Origin: Lytechinus pictus
Taxonomy: Eukaryota
Length of the DNA: 64,000 nucleotides
NCBI RefSeq assembly: GCF_037042905.1
Contig: NC_087247.1
Span: 30,814,001-30,878,000, forward strand
Direction of reading: 5' to 3'
This document shows positions 62,982 through 64,000 of this stretch, piece after piece. The notes under the pieces are model-generated. The model worked only from the letters and a program-made list of their open reading frames with translations, did no database searches and had not been told where the DNA came from. Numbering within the stretch: the stretch's first letter is position 1; each line of letters begins with the position of its first letter. Both the position numbers and the translations under genes were made by a program.

Positions 62982-64000
62982 ATTCCATCACCCACTTCCC
63001 TTAATTTTCAAAACCGCTCCCACTTTCTTTCAAAGTTGGCTATCATAAATTTTTTTTTAAAAACAAATTCTATAAATATCCAAACAATCCAGCTCCTCAA
63101 ATATAGTTTTATTCAGTCAAATCACGTTTTCTTCTTCAAAATGCAATTATCCTCTTTAAGACAATGATTAAAAACATCCAATACACTAAATTAACATACA
63201 TGATATATAATATTTCTGATAAAAAAATAATAAGTAGGCCTAGGCATCATTGTGATTTATTTTGTGTCCCAACGTATGTGGGCTTGGGTCTCGGCTGCTG
63301 GAAAATAGGATGGCAATTTAGTGAATCACTAAATAAATGGATCTGAACATGATCATCCATGATCTGAATAAATGTTGATTTGTGATTCTCAACGGAAACG
63401 TTATAGGCATTCATCAATTCAATGAAATGATCTCTGCAGCCTTTTTCAGTCGACAAGAGTTTTATACTAAATGAACGATGAAATATTGATTTATTTAGTG
63501 GTTTGGTTTTCTTCTCTGCAAATAAGTGAAAAATATTCCTAAAATCTAGAAATATCCAAAACACTAAAATTATTTCCTTTATAACTTTACTTCAAACATT
63601 AGTTTTATTTAGTCAACCCATGATTTCAAAAATCCAATCCACGAAATAAATGTTTGATCAAGATTTTCAACGTTAGGCCTATTGTGCAGATGTATATGTA
63701 GACATACAACTTTGAAATCCTATTAGCTGGTGACAGATTTCACGACCAACGTATAACGGGACGAGGTTGTAGATTGTTATTATATTCTTGTCCATGGTTT
63801 ATTGAATTGATTTTGATAAGCGACTGAAAACATATTTGCTGTTTTCAAAGCATTTTCTGTCTCCCGTGCAAACTATGTCCCAGAGACAAATCATGAGAGA
63901 TAAAGTTGTGTAGCGTTCGTTTCACATCCAGAACAAAAGAAAAAATCCTATATCCGCTGTTTTGGAGGAGTACTTTTAGCATTTTCGAATTTTTTTTTTC

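Noticed and set aside
57846-63760. Single large element bounded by tcgtgaaat..gtcaccag / ctggtgac..atttcacga
   Set aside because: The motif recurs internally in the 155-bp repeats and no TSD could be identified, so the boundaries are unsupported.

Overview
AT-rich, repeat-dense eukaryotic (metazoan) genomic DNA with two N gaps (21153-21282, 41900-42088). The repeat families resemble those of sea urchins/echinoderms; this taxon call is inference. One complete protein-coding gene can be rebuilt by hand on the + strand: a TMEM209 orthologue with 13 coding exons (28978-51692), all introns GT-AG, phases consistent, 1749 nt = 582 aa. It has a likely non-coding first exon ending at 23884 and a CCAAT/CHR-type promoter split by a MITE. 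The most striking structure is a ~3 kb array of ~37 copies of an ~82-bp unit (46848-49860) that repeats the 3' half of coding exon 11 plus its own 5' splice donor, leaving 36 intact AAG|GTTAGT donors in a row. Intron 1 holds two TAGAC...GTCTA elements stacked in tandem and separated by three copies of the same 9-bp target duplication, plus nested foldback elements. A decayed Crypton tyrosine-recombinase element, with a hAT MITE and a SINE nested inside it, sits just after coding exon 3. The rest is MITEs (hAT-, Harbinger-, Kolobok-, Tc1-like), tRNA-derived SINEs, Helentron/HINE-like satellite-carrying elements and microsatellites. Two further promoter/first-exon candidates are weakly supported. 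All coordinates were counted by eye.
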